Positions 1-12,413 of a DNA stretch of 32,000 bases are shown piece after piece. Each line of letters starts with the position of its first letter. The first letter of the stretch is position 1. This stretch comes from Amoeboradix gromovi X-113 (lineage: Eukaryota; Fungi; Sanchytriomycota): the NCBI GenBank assembly GCA_018985225.1, contig JADGIF010000030.1, positions 453 to 32,452 of the forward strand, in the 5' to 3' direction. The translations under genes and the position numbers were made by a program. The notes beneath the pieces were generated by a model. The model searched no databases. It was given only the letters and a program-made list of their open reading frames with translations, and had not been told where the DNA came from.

Positions 1-184
1 GCACCTGTTAGTTATTTCTTTAGAATTGATTTACCATTTGGGAAAAGGAAGAATACCTAGTATTTAAGCTATTAGATAAATCTGGAAAAGTCATGAAATT
101 ATACAAAAATGCATACAAATTCGCAATAAATGATTTATTCAAGAAAATAGTCAAGCTGTTTACAGAGTTACTCTCCTCGGTATC

Positions 185-1105
185 ATGAGAGCAACATCAA
201 CAACATTTACGACCGTTAAGCTTATCCTTTCCAACTATAAAATGTTTCTCAGGTCTAGACATTTTAAGATAATCTTGCTTACAGTATCGGCAATTTTGTT
301 GCTTAAAAGGTTCAAAGCCAATATTTATAATTGGATAAATGGAAATCTCATTGATACCACAATAGCTTTAGGGTATCCACTATTTTACAATGACGTTAAT
401 GATGCATTAGAAAAATCAAAACCGGATTTCGCAAATCTGGTGCCAAATGCAATGAGAGCATCATTTAAGAAAGTGTTGGGAATTGCAGAGGATGACAACA
501 GCAATCAAATATGGTGGAACAGTATTATGCACAGAGTTTTTTTTAATGTCGAAGAATGGATCAGCAACATAGAGGATCAAATGAAAGTTGAGGTTAGTAA
601 AACCTTGAATGACTCCAAAGAGAGCATTACACTGGCAGTAATCAGGGGTGCTCAAAATCATTTACATCTCGACGTTAATCATAAAATCGCTATTAGATAT
701 GTGTATTCAGAGACTTGGAAGCACTGGTTAAGAATGCTAGCAGAAGATTTGCTAAAATCTATTTTAATAGAAGTCAATCAAGAAATACACGTACAGACTG
801 TAAGTTTAATTGCAGACATGAAAACAAAACTGCCCAAATGGTTACCGCAGCAGCTAACTTCCTTGCTACCTGGCGAACTTATTGCACCTCCTGCATATAT
901 ACCAAGTAACCTGATAGAAAGAGTTTGGAAATGGATTTTAGAATTAGAAGTATCAGTTTTATCCCAGATACATGAAAGAATAGAAATGGAAGTTGACTTG
1001 ACAGAAAAGAAGTTGTGTCAAATCACAGAGCAAAGACTCAGAGAATCTATCCAAGACAAGCTGAAAATAACTGGGTTGAACATGTTAGAACCAATAGAGC
1101 CTTAG
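185..1105 (+). CDS. Hypothetical protein with an N-terminal hydrophobic segment and helical/coiled-coil body
   Basis: 306-aa ORF from ATG, hydrophobic stretch IILLTVSAILLL, AATAAA shortly after the stop. No family recognised. Confidence 0.7.
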   Translation: MRATSTTFTTVKLILSNYKMFLRSRHFKIILLTVSAILLLKRFKANIYNWINGNLIDTTIALGYPLFYNDVNDALEKSKPDFANLVPNAMRASFKKVLGIAEDDNSNQIWWNSIMHRVFFNVEEWISNIEDQMKVEVSKTLNDSKESITLAVIRGAQNHLHLDVNHKIAIRYVYSETWKHWLRMLAEDLLKSILIEVNQEIHVQTVSLIADMKTKLPKWLPQQLTSLLPGELIAPPAYIPSNLIERVWKWILELEVSVLSQIHERIEMEVDLTEKKLCQITEQRLRESIQDKLKITGLNMLEPIEP

Positions 1106-1200
1106 AATATAAAAATAAATGTAGTTTATCTTATTTTTTATTCAACGCCTAGTAGACACTTCTAGTGACTGCCGTTTAAGTGAATTTATGAACTTAATAA

Positions 1201-2515
<1,315 letters not shown>

Positions 2516-2539
2516 ATTTCAGTTTTTATTTTTCCAAAC

Positions 2540-5500
2540 ATGATTGATCCTATTCTTGAATTTGAATCCAAATTTGGCAGCAAAAGTGATCCTGACAACA
2601 ACGGAATATCGAAGGCGATAAGTGTTATGCTAAATCTTAATCAGAACACTGTATATGGTATCTTGGTATTTATTAAAAATAATCACCATTCTGAATACAA
2701 TGGAAATATGGAATGGATTCAAGATATATTTATTCCCATCTACTTTAATCAGTATTCTCTTTTTTGGAAGCAATTTGAGAGCGAATTAGAAGCTAAAATG
2801 GATAGCAATACTGCTACTACTAATGATTTAGCAATATGCTGGAAAGGTTTGTTGTCTCCGATATTCCCTTCACATCCACTAATACTTCATTTATTAATCA
2901 CCACTACTGGCTACATTACAATGGATTTAAATTACCGATTAGAGTACATCTCAAACTGCTCTAAAATTATGCAATTGTACTCCAATATCCCACCCTCTGA
3001 TCCCATATATGCCAATTGCATTAAGCAAAATACTAAGTTAATGCTAATTGTGATTGTATCCATAATATTCCTCCAAAAGAACGAGTCATTTAATTCTAGT
3101 TTTTATTCGTCCATAAAATCTTTTATAAGCACTTTTCCCTTGCCGGGTCCAATATATTTAGCACTAGCGGGCCTGGAGTCTCCCGAATCTTCTGAGTTTG
3201 CACTATCCTCTTTTAAGTCTAATACAATCTCGATTTTAAATAGTTTATTACAATCTAGCATCCCCAACATCCCTGACTTTTCCTCCTTGTTAGCTAGCAT
3301 GACTTATTCTATCATAAATAATTTCTGTTACATATTCAACCTTGATTTGTTATCCAAGTCCCTCATGGACTCCATATACTCTCTTAATTCGACTGTTCTT
3401 TCCATATTAGATGGAAACAACATGATTTTGGTCCCTAACCAACCTACAGATTTCAAATTCAATGTATCACAATCTCATTTATTTCAATATACATTTCAGC
3501 ATCTACCTTCTTTAATTCATCCCTTCTTAGCTTTTCTACCGTATATATTTGAACCCTTAGTCGTCAGTTTGGGCATTCCAGACAACATGCTCTTTTTTGA
3601 TTTGAATTCTACATGTTATACCACTGTTCCATCCAGTAATTCTATCTCAATTCTAGTCAGTTCTAGTACATCGATTCTGTTATTAATATCGCCGTTTTTG
3701 TTAAGCAATAATCCTTTTAATCATTCAATCTATGATTACATTTACAATCTTTGTACTTTAGAAAACAATGCGTTGAATCTTATAAACACTATCAATCACT
3801 ATATCAGGAATACCAGCCTAGTTAAAGCGATGCAAAGAGACACTATGAACAACTCTAATGATAAAACTAATAAAAGTGTGTCCAAACTTGTTTGCTTGTT
3901 ATTCCCTCTTGATTTTAACTTGCTTACTATATTTTACAAATGCAACAAGCTGCTATTCATGCATTCTATCTGCAAGTATTCTATACATCGTGAAATACCT
4001 ACTAGTCATTATAGCAATGCTCTATATACTCTGCATGCTAATATAAACAGTATATGCGCTAGCAGTACCCCGAGTAGCACCATAGATTTGTTGTTGTCCA
4101 GTGTATTGTATGTTGTAATGGTTTATTACAACTATAACAACTGCTCTAACCCTGCTTATATTCAGGCCATAAATACTGTGTTAGATGTAGCTCTGTTGAT
4201 TGATCTTGCAAATGACTACATTAGCAGCTGTGGCGGCAGTAGCAGCAATAGTAATAATGCCAATTGTACCCTTACGGGTGTATCGTATGCCTGCTCAATA
4301 TTGCATTTGTCAAACTCTACCGTTTCTAACGTCCCAAATTATCCGATTAATATCATCATCAAAATTGTCAATCCACTGCTGTACAGCAATGAGATAAATC
4401 AATATTACTCCACCAGATTCGATGATTTAATCGACCTGTATCCGCATGGTATAATATTGACCAAACGCACTGTTGAACTACTCCTAAGTAAAATTGATGC
4501 CAAGGGTGCTGGCTTGGATAATTTGCAAACTTATAAATGGCTATTTAACCTGTATATACTACTAAAGCACTGTAATTACTACAAGATATCAATTAATGCA
4601 CCCGAATATGCTGTCATGTACATGAACATGAGTGCTATAACGATGAGTGACCAGCAGAATTCCGAATATCCAATGCTGCTTATTGATGTACAAACACGAG
4701 GTTTGTTGGAGTTGCTGAACATAGGCAATAACAACATTGAGTTTCTTTGTTGTGAATATGTACTAAACCATGGAAACAACGTTGAAATAGAACACATCGA
4801 TGCTATGATAAATGCCATTAGTATAAATGGGTTAAACAGATTACTAGGAATGATGGACATTACAATACTGAATGGAGTGGCAATCATGGATATCATATTA
4901 TACAGATGTATTAGTATACTGCTGTTGAAAGAACAGGAGCAAGAACTAGACATGAACAGCGTAATAGGATGCATACATTTGATGATAAATGTACAGCTGT
5001 ACTCCAAAGTAACAAGTGAGATAGTTTACAGACTTATTATTATAATGGAGTATTACAACACAGATATTATGAATGATTTGGTTGAGATCAATAAAAGCAG
5101 AAAGAGCGAATTGATATACTTAATAATTACTAACATCGTAATAGCTAATAGTGTGGAAATAAGTAAAACAACTGATGACGGCTCGTTGTGGAGCAAGAGA
5201 CTGCAGTTGATATTTGAAAGCAGTGGTCAAAAGAAGATCAATGACATTTCCCAATTTGATGGAATAGATAGCCGAATAGTCTGTACATTTAATAGTTTAA
5301 TCGACTTAAGGGACGGAGTAGTGCGTTTAGATAGATTGGATAGTGTGGAGATGGACAAGCTGGGGACTATAGAAATCAAGAGCATATTCACTGGAATAAT
5401 AGAAGACAGGGTAAAACTAGATGCGTCAATGGTTAGAAGAATAATAGAGATTATAAGAGAGGATAATGAATTGAAATCGATGATGATAAGCTACATCAAC

Positions 5501-5653
5501 AAAGCAGACATGAAAGGAGAGGTTTTAGTAGAATATAACGAACTAATGAATATCAAAGAGCAGCAATTTCATGAGCAACAGGAGAGCGTTTCTACAGTTC
5601 CAGTAAAAATACAAGGAATAGAAAAATGGACAATGGAAGATGTACTGGCTTAA
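2540..5653 (+). CDS. Large hypothetical protein with strong compositional bias
   Basis: Uninterrupted 1037-aa ORF tightly packed between known genes. S/L/I/F/P-rich first half and E/D/I/M-rich second half. No family recognised. Confidence 0.75.
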   Translation: MIDPILEFESKFGSKSDPDNNGISKAISVMLNLNQNTVYGILVFIKNNHHSEYNGNMEWIQDIFIPIYFNQYSLFWKQFESELEAKMDSNTATTNDLAICWKGLLSPIFPSHPLILHLLITTTGYITMDLNYRLEYISNCSKIMQLYSNIPPSDPIYANCIKQNTKLMLIVIVSIIFLQKNESFNSSFYSSIKSFISTFPLPGPIYLALAGLESPESSEFALSSFKSNTISILNSLLQSSIPNIPDFSSLLASMTYSIINNFCYIFNLDLLSKSLMDSIYSLNSTVLSILDGNNMILVPNQPTDFKFNVSQSHLFQYTFQHLPSLIHPFLAFLPYIFEPLVVSLGIPDNMLFFDLNSTCYTTVPSSNSISILVSSSTSILLLISPFLLSNNPFNHSIYDYIYNLCTLENNALNLINTINHYIRNTSLVKAMQRDTMNNSNDKTNKSVSKLVCLLFPLDFNLLTIFYKCNKLLFMHSICKYSIHREIPTSHYSNALYTLHANINSICASSTPSSTIDLLLSSVLYVVMVYYNYNNCSNPAYIQAINTVLDVALLIDLANDYISSCGGSSSNSNNANCTLTGVSYACSILHLSNSTVSNVPNYPINIIIKIVNPLLYSNEINQYYSTRFDDLIDLYPHGIILTKRTVELLLSKIDAKGAGLDNLQTYKWLFNLYILLKHCNYYKISINAPEYAVMYMNMSAITMSDQQNSEYPMLLIDVQTRGLLELLNIGNNNIEFLCCEYVLNHGNNVEIEHIDAMINAISINGLNRLLGMMDITILNGVAIMDIILYRCISILLLKEQEQELDMNSVIGCIHLMINVQLYSKVTSEIVYRLIIIMEYYNTDIMNDLVEINKSRKSELIYLIITNIVIANSVEISKTTDDGSLWSKRLQLIFESSGQKKINDISQFDGIDSRIVCTFNSLIDLRDGVVRLDRLDSVEMDKLGTIEIKSIFTGIIEDRVKLDASMVRRIIEIIREDNELKSMMISYINKADMKGEVLVEYNELMNIKEQQFHEQQESVSTVPVKIQGIEKWTMEDVLA

Positions 5654-5674
5654 GTAAATAAAAATAGAATTAAT

Positions 5675-8254
5675 TTATTGATTAACCAAACTACACCTTG
5701 AGCATACCGAGTTATTGCTGGGCGCCAAAGATCTCCAGCATCGAATGCATTTGAATTTGTTAGACTTCAATATGGATATTTCAGATCGACTGGGATTAAA
5801 TTGTACAGAAGAGACACCAAACAAATCAGCTAGTTCAAGGTTAAATGCGTGATCTTTACAGTCCAAAACGACAATAGCATCGAGAGGATTCGAAATAAAA
5901 TTAGATTTGATAGCAGCATCCAACAATCGGTTAACAGTAGACTTGGTTGACAGTAAAAGTGAGAATTCAGTCAACAGCTGCTGATTGTCAAACCTGTTCA
6001 ATATGTCATACTCAAGACTAAAAATTGAATCCGTGTGGTTCAGATGATTATATGCCTCTTCGGCCAGAGACGGTGTAATTGGGGCGATCCATTTCAATAT
6101 ATTGATTAGCAAGACCTCCAATGTAAATATCGATGACATTCTTCGTCTGCTATCAATTGAATCACAATACAGCCGATCCTTTATAGTTTCAAAATATACA
6201 GCTGACAATTTCATGTTTATAAAGTGGTTAATAGAATGAACTACCGCATGATATTCAAACCCACTGTAGTGCGATAAAATAGCTTTGTGAGTACTAGCCA
6301 TCTCAGCCAATATCCATTTATCAATCTGGCTGGTATCATTATAATCCTCTGTATATCTTAACTTGTCATTTAGGTTTCCTAGCATGTACTTAATTGCGAT
6401 TCTCCATTTCTTTAAATCCTTAGCTGTTGACTCGATTATACGTGGCCCTATTTGAACATCCTTAGTAAACTGAGTGCTTGCACACCATAGTCTTAATCCA
6501 TCTACTCCCAATGCTTTATTTGACTTGGTCCCATGTATTACCGACTTGGGATCAATAACGTTTCCAACGCTCTTGGACATTTTTCGTTTTTGTTCATCTA
6601 GAACAAATCCATGCGTAATAATTTGTTTGGTGGGAGACTGCTTGTTTATCGCAACACTCAGCAGCATGGAAGACTGAAACCATCCTCTGTGCTGATCTGT
6701 TCCTTCTATGTAGCAGTCTGCCTGCTTGTCTAGTATATGCCAAGATATGCCGCTGTCAAACCAAACATCCATAGTGTCATCTTCCTTGGTCAAATAAGGG
6801 GCCATATACTTTAGCTCTGATGGCAAGAACTCGCTTAATGGCATTGTAAACCATGCGTTAGGGCCCAGTTCTTTAATTATACCGATAATATGTTCAAACA
6901 AATCGGTATTCATGAATGGCTTGTTATCTCTTAAATCATACATCATTAAAATAGGAACACCCCAAAATCGTTGTCGGCTTATACACCATTCTGATCTACT
7001 CGTTATACTATCTATGAGCTTAGATTTGGAGTGTGGAGGGATAAAACTTACAGAATTAACAGAATCTAAAGCATCCTGTTTTAAGAGGTTAACGTTACAG
7101 AACCACTGCAGAGTAGCTCGAGTAACAATTGGCTGCTTCTTCCTCCAATCCACAGGATATGAGTGACTGTATGGCTCCGTGTGAAGCAGCAAGTTACTGG
7201 CTTTTAGCAGCTCGATCACTCTATCAGTACCCTGTGTCAGTGCGTATAATCCCTCTAATGCAGGGATGTTGCATGACTTGTCAAAGAGACCATCTTCGTC
7301 GATAAAACAAGTTATCTTGATATCATGGGCTTTGCATATGACATAGTCGTCGGCTCCGTGGCCACCTGCTATGTGTACAAGACCTGTTTGACTATCTGAG
7401 ACATGACTGCCTATAAGAATGGGGTGCCTAGTATTATAGAATGGATGTGTGTACTTCATGTTTAGCAAATCTTCAGTTCTGATATCTAATAGTGTGTAAT
7501 TCGTATTATTCTTTATTTCAGCTAATCTATGGACAAAGCTCTGGGCAGTTATATAAGATTCATCGTCAAACTGACATATCACGTACTTGATATCAGGGCT
7601 AACACAAACAGCGTTATTGGATGGCACTGTATAAGGAGTGGTGGTCCATACGAGTAGAAACAATTTATCCCTGATTTTCAACTTGCAAAAGATTGATTTG
7701 CTAGTTATAAGATTGTACTCTATTTCAGCCTCCGCCAAAGCTGTTTTGTTAGCGGGAGACCAATAAACAGGTTTATATTCCCTATAAACAAGACCACTTT
7801 TATAAAGTTGATGAAATATTTGCAATTGCTTGACAACATAACTATTATCCATAGTTTTATATGGATTATCCCAATCCGCTATAATATTCCATGATTGGAA
7901 CTGCAAAAGTTGTGTTTTTAAGCTGCTCATGGCGTAAAGACAGGCTTCATGCCGGATATCTATCGGAAGTGAAGCCTTGGTTCTAGCTCTTAATTCAACA
8001 GGGAGACCATGAGTATCAAATCCAGGTCGCATATATACGTTATTGCCTCTTAATAGCCTATACCGAAGGGTAATATCTTTGATAATTTTATTTAAAGCAT
8101 GTCCCAAATGCAACTGACCACTACAATAAGGTGGCCCGTCATGTATTACATATTTTGGACCATTCTTAGCTGGTATCTTTTTGTTTATAAACTGCGAATT
8201 CTTCTTGAATTTCGTCATTGGCAAGATAACTTTCGTTGCAATTATGTTGTTCAT
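5675..8254 (-). CDS. ISM1: Isoleucyl-tRNA synthetase, mitochondrial/bacterial type
   Basis: HDGPPY, HLGH (HIGH), WTTTP, WCISRQRFWGVPI, DVWFDSG, EGTDQHRGWFQSS, KMSKS and a C-terminal CxRCW...CSRC zinc finger. Confidence 0.95.
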   Translation of the reverse strand: MNNIIATKVILPMTKFKKNSQFINKKIPAKNGPKYVIHDGPPYCSGQLHLGHALNKIIKDITLRYRLLRGNNVYMRPGFDTHGLPVELRARTKASLPIDIRHEACLYAMSSLKTQLLQFQSWNIIADWDNPYKTMDNSYVVKQLQIFHQLYKSGLVYREYKPVYWSPANKTALAEAEIEYNLITSKSIFCKLKIRDKLFLLVWTTTPYTVPSNNAVCVSPDIKYVICQFDDESYITAQSFVHRLAEIKNNTNYTLLDIRTEDLLNMKYTHPFYNTRHPILIGSHVSDSQTGLVHIAGGHGADDYVICKAHDIKITCFIDEDGLFDKSCNIPALEGLYALTQGTDRVIELLKASNLLLHTEPYSHSYPVDWRKKQPIVTRATLQWFCNVNLLKQDALDSVNSVSFIPPHSKSKLIDSITSRSEWCISRQRFWGVPILMMYDLRDNKPFMNTDLFEHIIGIIKELGPNAWFTMPLSEFLPSELKYMAPYLTKEDDTMDVWFDSGISWHILDKQADCYIEGTDQHRGWFQSSMLLSVAINKQSPTKQIITHGFVLDEQKRKMSKSVGNVIDPKSVIHGTKSNKALGVDGLRLWCASTQFTKDVQIGPRIIESTAKDLKKWRIAIKYMLGNLNDKLRYTEDYNDTSQIDKWILAEMASTHKAILSHYSGFEYHAVVHSINHFINMKLSAVYFETIKDRLYCDSIDSRRRMSSIFTLEVLLINILKWIAPITPSLAEEAYNHLNHTDSIFSLEYDILNRFDNQQLLTEFSLLLSTKSTVNRLLDAAIKSNFISNPLDAIVVLDCKDHAFNLELADLFGVSSVQFNPSRSEISILKSNKFKCIRCWRSLAPSNNSVCSRCSLVNQ

Positions 8255-8276
8255 ACACGGATAATACTGCTTGAAA

Positions 8277-8627
8277 ATGAGTTCAACTCCGATGGATCTG
8301 AGAGTTTTTACATCATTTCTAAACCAGCTCTACGCACCGCTAGAGAAACTTATGGGTTGGCAGGATTTCACATGGCAACAATTGCAAACAAGCTATCAAA
8401 CAATAGTAGAGAGATACCAGAGATTGATGAACAACTTAGGAGAAGCACAAGAGCAAACACTATTATATCCCTTTAAGCCGACTGGAACAAAGACCATATA
8501 TCCTAATGTGTATTTGCGGTCCAAGCATGAACCATTTATAGATGAGTATCTGATGTCGTTGCAGGGTATAGAATACGATTATGATTCAGAAATTGATGAC
8601 ACACTTCTTCTGTTTGAAGCGCAATAA
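8277..8627 (+). CDS. MED8: Mediator subunit Med8-like protein
   Basis: Pattern WQQLQTSYQTI...LLYP...YLRSKHEP resembles the Med8 W-x-x-L...(V)YP...LLRTK-x-x-P motif. Start is ATG 8277 or 8292. Confidence 0.7.
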   Translation: MSSTPMDLRVFTSFLNQLYAPLEKLMGWQDFTWQQLQTSYQTIVERYQRLMNNLGEAQEQTLLYPFKPTGTKTIYPNVYLRSKHEPFIDEYLMSLQGIEYDYDSEIDDTLLLFEAQ

Positions 8628-8699
8628 ATACAAAAATAATTTTACAATTTTCTTAGAATTTTGAACTCTTCTCCTAACGTTTTACTGCAATTTCATTCA

Positions 8700-9671
8700 A
8701 TGGAAGAATTATCTCCGTTTCACCATCTGCTGCAACAGCAGACTACTGGGAAGGCATCCAATGACAAAATAATTAATTTAAAAGCAAAATACTCATCTAG
8801 TTTGGCATCGAATGAGAGTTCCATTGCTGTCTTGAAAAATAGGAAGGTGAAAGTCATAAAAAAAAACGAAAATGCCAAGGTCTGTCTTGTTAAAAAGGAC
8901 GGCGCCAGCCTGCTATTTAGCAACATTGTAGATGAATATCCAAAGGGTGCTGAGGTGATGCAAGTTGAAGAATGTCCATCTCTTCCAACTAGACCACTTC
9001 TGCCGTCCACATCACAAATTAGACTTGATAGAGGTATTGAATTTCTATACACGTCATTCGGAAGCCACTTGCCAAGCAAGGATAGTAGCACTGCTGTGTT
9101 AGGAGAGAGAGAAACCATGCTGTTTAATAAAAGACTGGAGAGGAAGAAATGGAAATTAAAACAACTAGAATACGTAGACGGAATGGATATTGATGAAAAC
9201 ATATACAACTTTGTCCAAAAACAAGGTGATGCCAAGCTGTTAAAGAAAATCAAAAACAATCCAAAATCAATCGAGGCGCTTCAGGTCAAAATTGAATTTC
9301 TGTTGAAATGGATGCAGTGCATAGCTAGGCTAAAAGACGATTTAGATGCAGAGACGCCCACCGAAAAGATACTAGATGCTATTTATCGTAAATCTCTAGT
9401 AGCACATATCACCGCTTGTTCAAAAGCTAATAAAACTTCAAAGTATTTATACAAACATCCTAAAAAGGATATTAGAGCTATGATGGATCGATTGATTTTA
9501 AAAATACCACCATTCCAAGGAAACTTATCCACTGATAAGCCATTTTCATTCACTTGCAATATGGAAGACAGCATTCCCAAAAATGCAAACATTGGTTCTG
9601 AGTACCCATTGGAACCTGAAGATGTTGAAAACTATTACATACTTAAAGATATCGCAGCACCTGCTGAATAA
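8700..9671 (+). CDS. Putative chromatin-remodeller subunit (Rsc58 / BRD7-BRD9 C-terminal-like)
   Basis: SFGSHLPSKDSSTA resembles the (F/Y)xSFAPxxDSxxA motif, and LLKWMQ..RL...PTEK.L resembles the downstream helix of these families. The ORF is solid; the function is tentative. Confidence 0.4.
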   Translation: MEELSPFHHLLQQQTTGKASNDKIINLKAKYSSSLASNESSIAVLKNRKVKVIKKNENAKVCLVKKDGASLLFSNIVDEYPKGAEVMQVEECPSLPTRPLLPSTSQIRLDRGIEFLYTSFGSHLPSKDSSTAVLGERETMLFNKRLERKKWKLKQLEYVDGMDIDENIYNFVQKQGDAKLLKKIKNNPKSIEALQVKIEFLLKWMQCIARLKDDLDAETPTEKILDAIYRKSLVAHITACSKANKTSKYLYKHPKKDIRAMMDRLILKIPPFQGNLSTDKPFSFTCNMEDSIPKNANIGSEYPLEPEDVENYYILKDIAAPAE

Positions 9672-9705
9672 ATCTAGTCATTTTAAAACAAAATCTTTTA
9701 TCTCC

Positions 9706-10548
9706 ATGCTTCAATCGTCCGATAATGGATCTCGTCAAAAGGGTTTGCTGGATAAGCTAAAATCTGTTAATAAGTTCAAACAGCGGCAAGAGTATTTCAA
9801 GAATGCTTTTCTAGATTGCTCTACTAATTTGGGATTTATTGAAATAGGACTACAAGAGGAATTTAAAGTAAATCCATTAGGTGAACCTGATCGCGTAAAC
9901 ATATACTCAACGTATGATTCAGAATATTATGATCCTTGGAAAATGTTTATTCCAAATATTCACACTAAATTGATATGCAGCTCCAAGATTTATGGATGCT
10001 GTTCTATGATATCATTCATAAGGGAGTCAAAATACCCATTTGAAAAGAGCGACACAGTATTTATATACGATATCGATGAGTACTTTAAAGAGGTTCAAAA
10101 GAACTTTACCAGAGTTATGAACAACAAAGATGTGGACATGAGTACAATAATCACCAAAGACGAGTTGGAAACCTGGATGCTGCGTGGTGTTTTGGATGGT
10201 TATAAAATACTATTGTCGTCTAAGTCACAGCTGATATTGACACTTAAGCAGTATTGCAAGCATGCTGCATACAAACCTTACAGAGACGTATTAGAGGGGG
10301 GCATAGGACTGAACAGATGTCAGGAGCTTCCAACTGATATATGGTATCGTATGTTGGAGAATATACCAAGAATAAGAAAGACTGAAATTGACAAGTTCAT
10401 TTTAGAATTCCCGAGTCTAAATGACTTCTTTAAAACTGTTAATGCATACGAAAAATCTTTTCCTAATGAAGGATTTAAGGCTATCAAGTCAGTTGGTCAA
10501 GCTACAGCAATTCGTGCTTACAACATATTCTTTGGAAGAGATCAGTAA
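9706..10548 (+). CDS. EME1: Crossover junction endonuclease non-catalytic subunit EME1/MMS4-like
   Basis: AAYKPY motif followed by the HhH-like C-terminus WYRMLENIPRI...FPSL...VGQATAIRAYNIF. First ATG after the upstream gene is at 9706. Confidence 0.7.
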   Translation: MLQSSDNGSRQKGLLDKLKSVNKFKQRQEYFKNAFLDCSTNLGFIEIGLQEEFKVNPLGEPDRVNIYSTYDSEYYDPWKMFIPNIHTKLICSSKIYGCCSMISFIRESKYPFEKSDTVFIYDIDEYFKEVQKNFTRVMNNKDVDMSTIITKDELETWMLRGVLDGYKILLSSKSQLILTLKQYCKHAAYKPYRDVLEGGIGLNRCQELPTDIWYRMLENIPRIRKTEIDKFILEFPSLNDFFKTVNAYEKSFPNEGFKAIKSVGQATAIRAYNIFFGRDQ

Positions 10549-10573
10549 AAACTTTTTTGTTTTTTATTTTTAT

Positions 10574-11539
10574 ATGAAACGGCAATCTGCCATAATTAGA
10601 AGAATAAATGCTGCTTCTTCGGGCATAAAAAGTTTGTATATTAGCAAAGCATCATTGACCTCTGAATTTTGTATGCATCAATGCCACCATTTTATGACAA
10701 TTATTATTACAAATTTGAAAATACTGCTTAGTGCTAGATTCTCTACGTTACAAAGCATAGCATACTGCTTGTCACTGAGCAAAACAACCAGAATGTTTGG
10801 TAGCCGACCCACGCTATCCCATGTAGTTCAAAGCATTTGTGATTTACCCTTGACTTGTAGATTGTTTGAAGTAGCTCATTTATGCAAAGATTCGGGACAC
10901 TACGGTGAATTTGAATTAGTATTATTGGAAATTAAATCAAGAGCTTTAAATGAATACTTGTATAATGTAGCAAAATCCTATTTTGAGCGTTGGGAAATAC
11001 CGAACTTGATAGAGGAAATGATTTATGAGGAAGGCATTGTCGAAAGCGTACTCGATAAGTTATTTACGCACGAAGACAATGTTCCCTGGAAGTTAGAATA
11101 TTTCATAAATATTTTAATTCATAATGATCACACAGCATATTCGGATTTGTTAGTAAATTACATTGATCAATGCAATGAGCTTGATATGATTTCGATGCAT
11201 CAAAATATTGAACTGTTAATTCTAAAGACTTTGAAATTGAACAGAAATCCTGCAACAGTCTTGAAAACCGTATTTTCTTTTTTGCTAAAGAATATTGATT
11301 ACTCTTCAGAAACTCTTCAGAGCGTGTATGGCTACATAAAAGCTGTAGAATGCAAGTATGGTTACTCTGAAATTCTCGAGTTTCTCAAGACTTTTAAGAC
11401 AGGAATGCCTAAGTCAATGCTACTGTTTTTTGAAAGCAGTTTGAATTCTAAATACAGTGAAAACGTATGTTATAGAGATCACCCTCATTTTTTATTATTG
11501 TTAGATGAAAGTATGATTGAGATAATGGGGGAAACATGA
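10574..11539 (+). CDS. Hypothetical protein
   Basis: Long ORF with ATG 25 bp after the EME1 stop. It may relate to the short overlapping ORF 11536-11742, but I found no clean splice linking them. Confidence 0.65.
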   Translation: MKRQSAIIRRINAASSGIKSLYISKASLTSEFCMHQCHHFMTIIITNLKILLSARFSTLQSIAYCLSLSKTTRMFGSRPTLSHVVQSICDLPLTCRLFEVAHLCKDSGHYGEFELVLLEIKSRALNEYLYNVAKSYFERWEIPNLIEEMIYEEGIVESVLDKLFTHEDNVPWKLEYFINILIHNDHTAYSDLLVNYIDQCNELDMISMHQNIELLILKTLKLNRNPATVLKTVFSFLLKNIDYSSETLQSVYGYIKAVECKYGYSEILEFLKTFKTGMPKSMLLFFESSLNSKYSENVCYRDHPHFLLLLDESMIEIMGET

Positions 11540-11755
11540 CAAATCTAAGAGAGATGAAGGCTTTTGTAAAACTGATACAGAATGTTGAAACTAAAAATAT
11601 CATACCACTAATATCCTTGTCGCATGGGTATTCAGATAAAACTTTAAAAGAAGAACATTTGTTGCAGGAGGAATACAAAAATAACAACAGCGAAAAAATT
11701 AACGCATTAGAGCACTGCAGTGCTCCTGTATTTCGTAAATAAACTTGTTTATTAG

Positions 11756-12088
11756 TTACAATATCTTTTTAGATTTCCACTTATAGCATTTTGGAAGGAA
11801 AACATCGTCAATGTAAAACATGATTTTATCTGAGTTAATAACAAGTTGCAGTCTCTCCAACTTGCATTTATCCGAAGGATTGTCATAATATTTGATCTTT
11901 CTACCATTGCCTCGCGTGCATTTTCTCATCAATTTGCCTTTCAATGTAATTCTATATCCCAGATTTGCAAGGGTTTGAAGTGAGATGTAATACTCATCAC
12001 ATGTATAGAGGGTATTGTTAACAATTTTAAAGTTCTCAAATTCTTTGTTGATTATTATGTTGATAAGGGAAGATCCCAAATGGGCCAT
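11756..12088 (-). CDS. Small hypothetical protein (possibly with an upstream exon)
   Basis: 110-aa ORF filling the gap between genes. No motif recognised. Confidence 0.4.
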   Translation of the reverse strand: MAHLGSSLINIIINKEFENFKIVNNTLYTCDEYYISLQTLANLGYRITLKGKLMRKCTRGNGRKIKYYDNPSDKCKLERLQLVINSDKIMFYIDDVFLPKCYKWKSKKIL

Positions 12089-12413
12089 TTAGCTGACCTC
12101 AAATTTCATATTTTATACTAATACATGTCTATAAAACTCACCTTCAAAACGATCACCAGTGTAAATCAAGTTGATACACACTCTATAAAAGCAAGGCAAT
12201 GTCTTTAAAGCTCTCTCTATCATCACATTTACATTGGTAGTGTACATCCCCTCTCCTGAACATTTGGGTTTTGATAATTTTAGTCTTAATGTGATAGTCT
12301 GACGTGATTAATGTAAAAGCTTTGGACACTTTTTCATTGGCCTGACTTAAATGATAATTTTTCTTTTTATTTTTGTAATCCCCTTTATCCCGCCAGTCTA
12401 CCTTTTACAGAGC

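Noticed and set aside
8700-9671. Sld3 replication factor
   Set aside because: Only a weak MDRL resemblance. The SxxPxxDSS motif fits Rsc58/BRD7-9-like proteins better.
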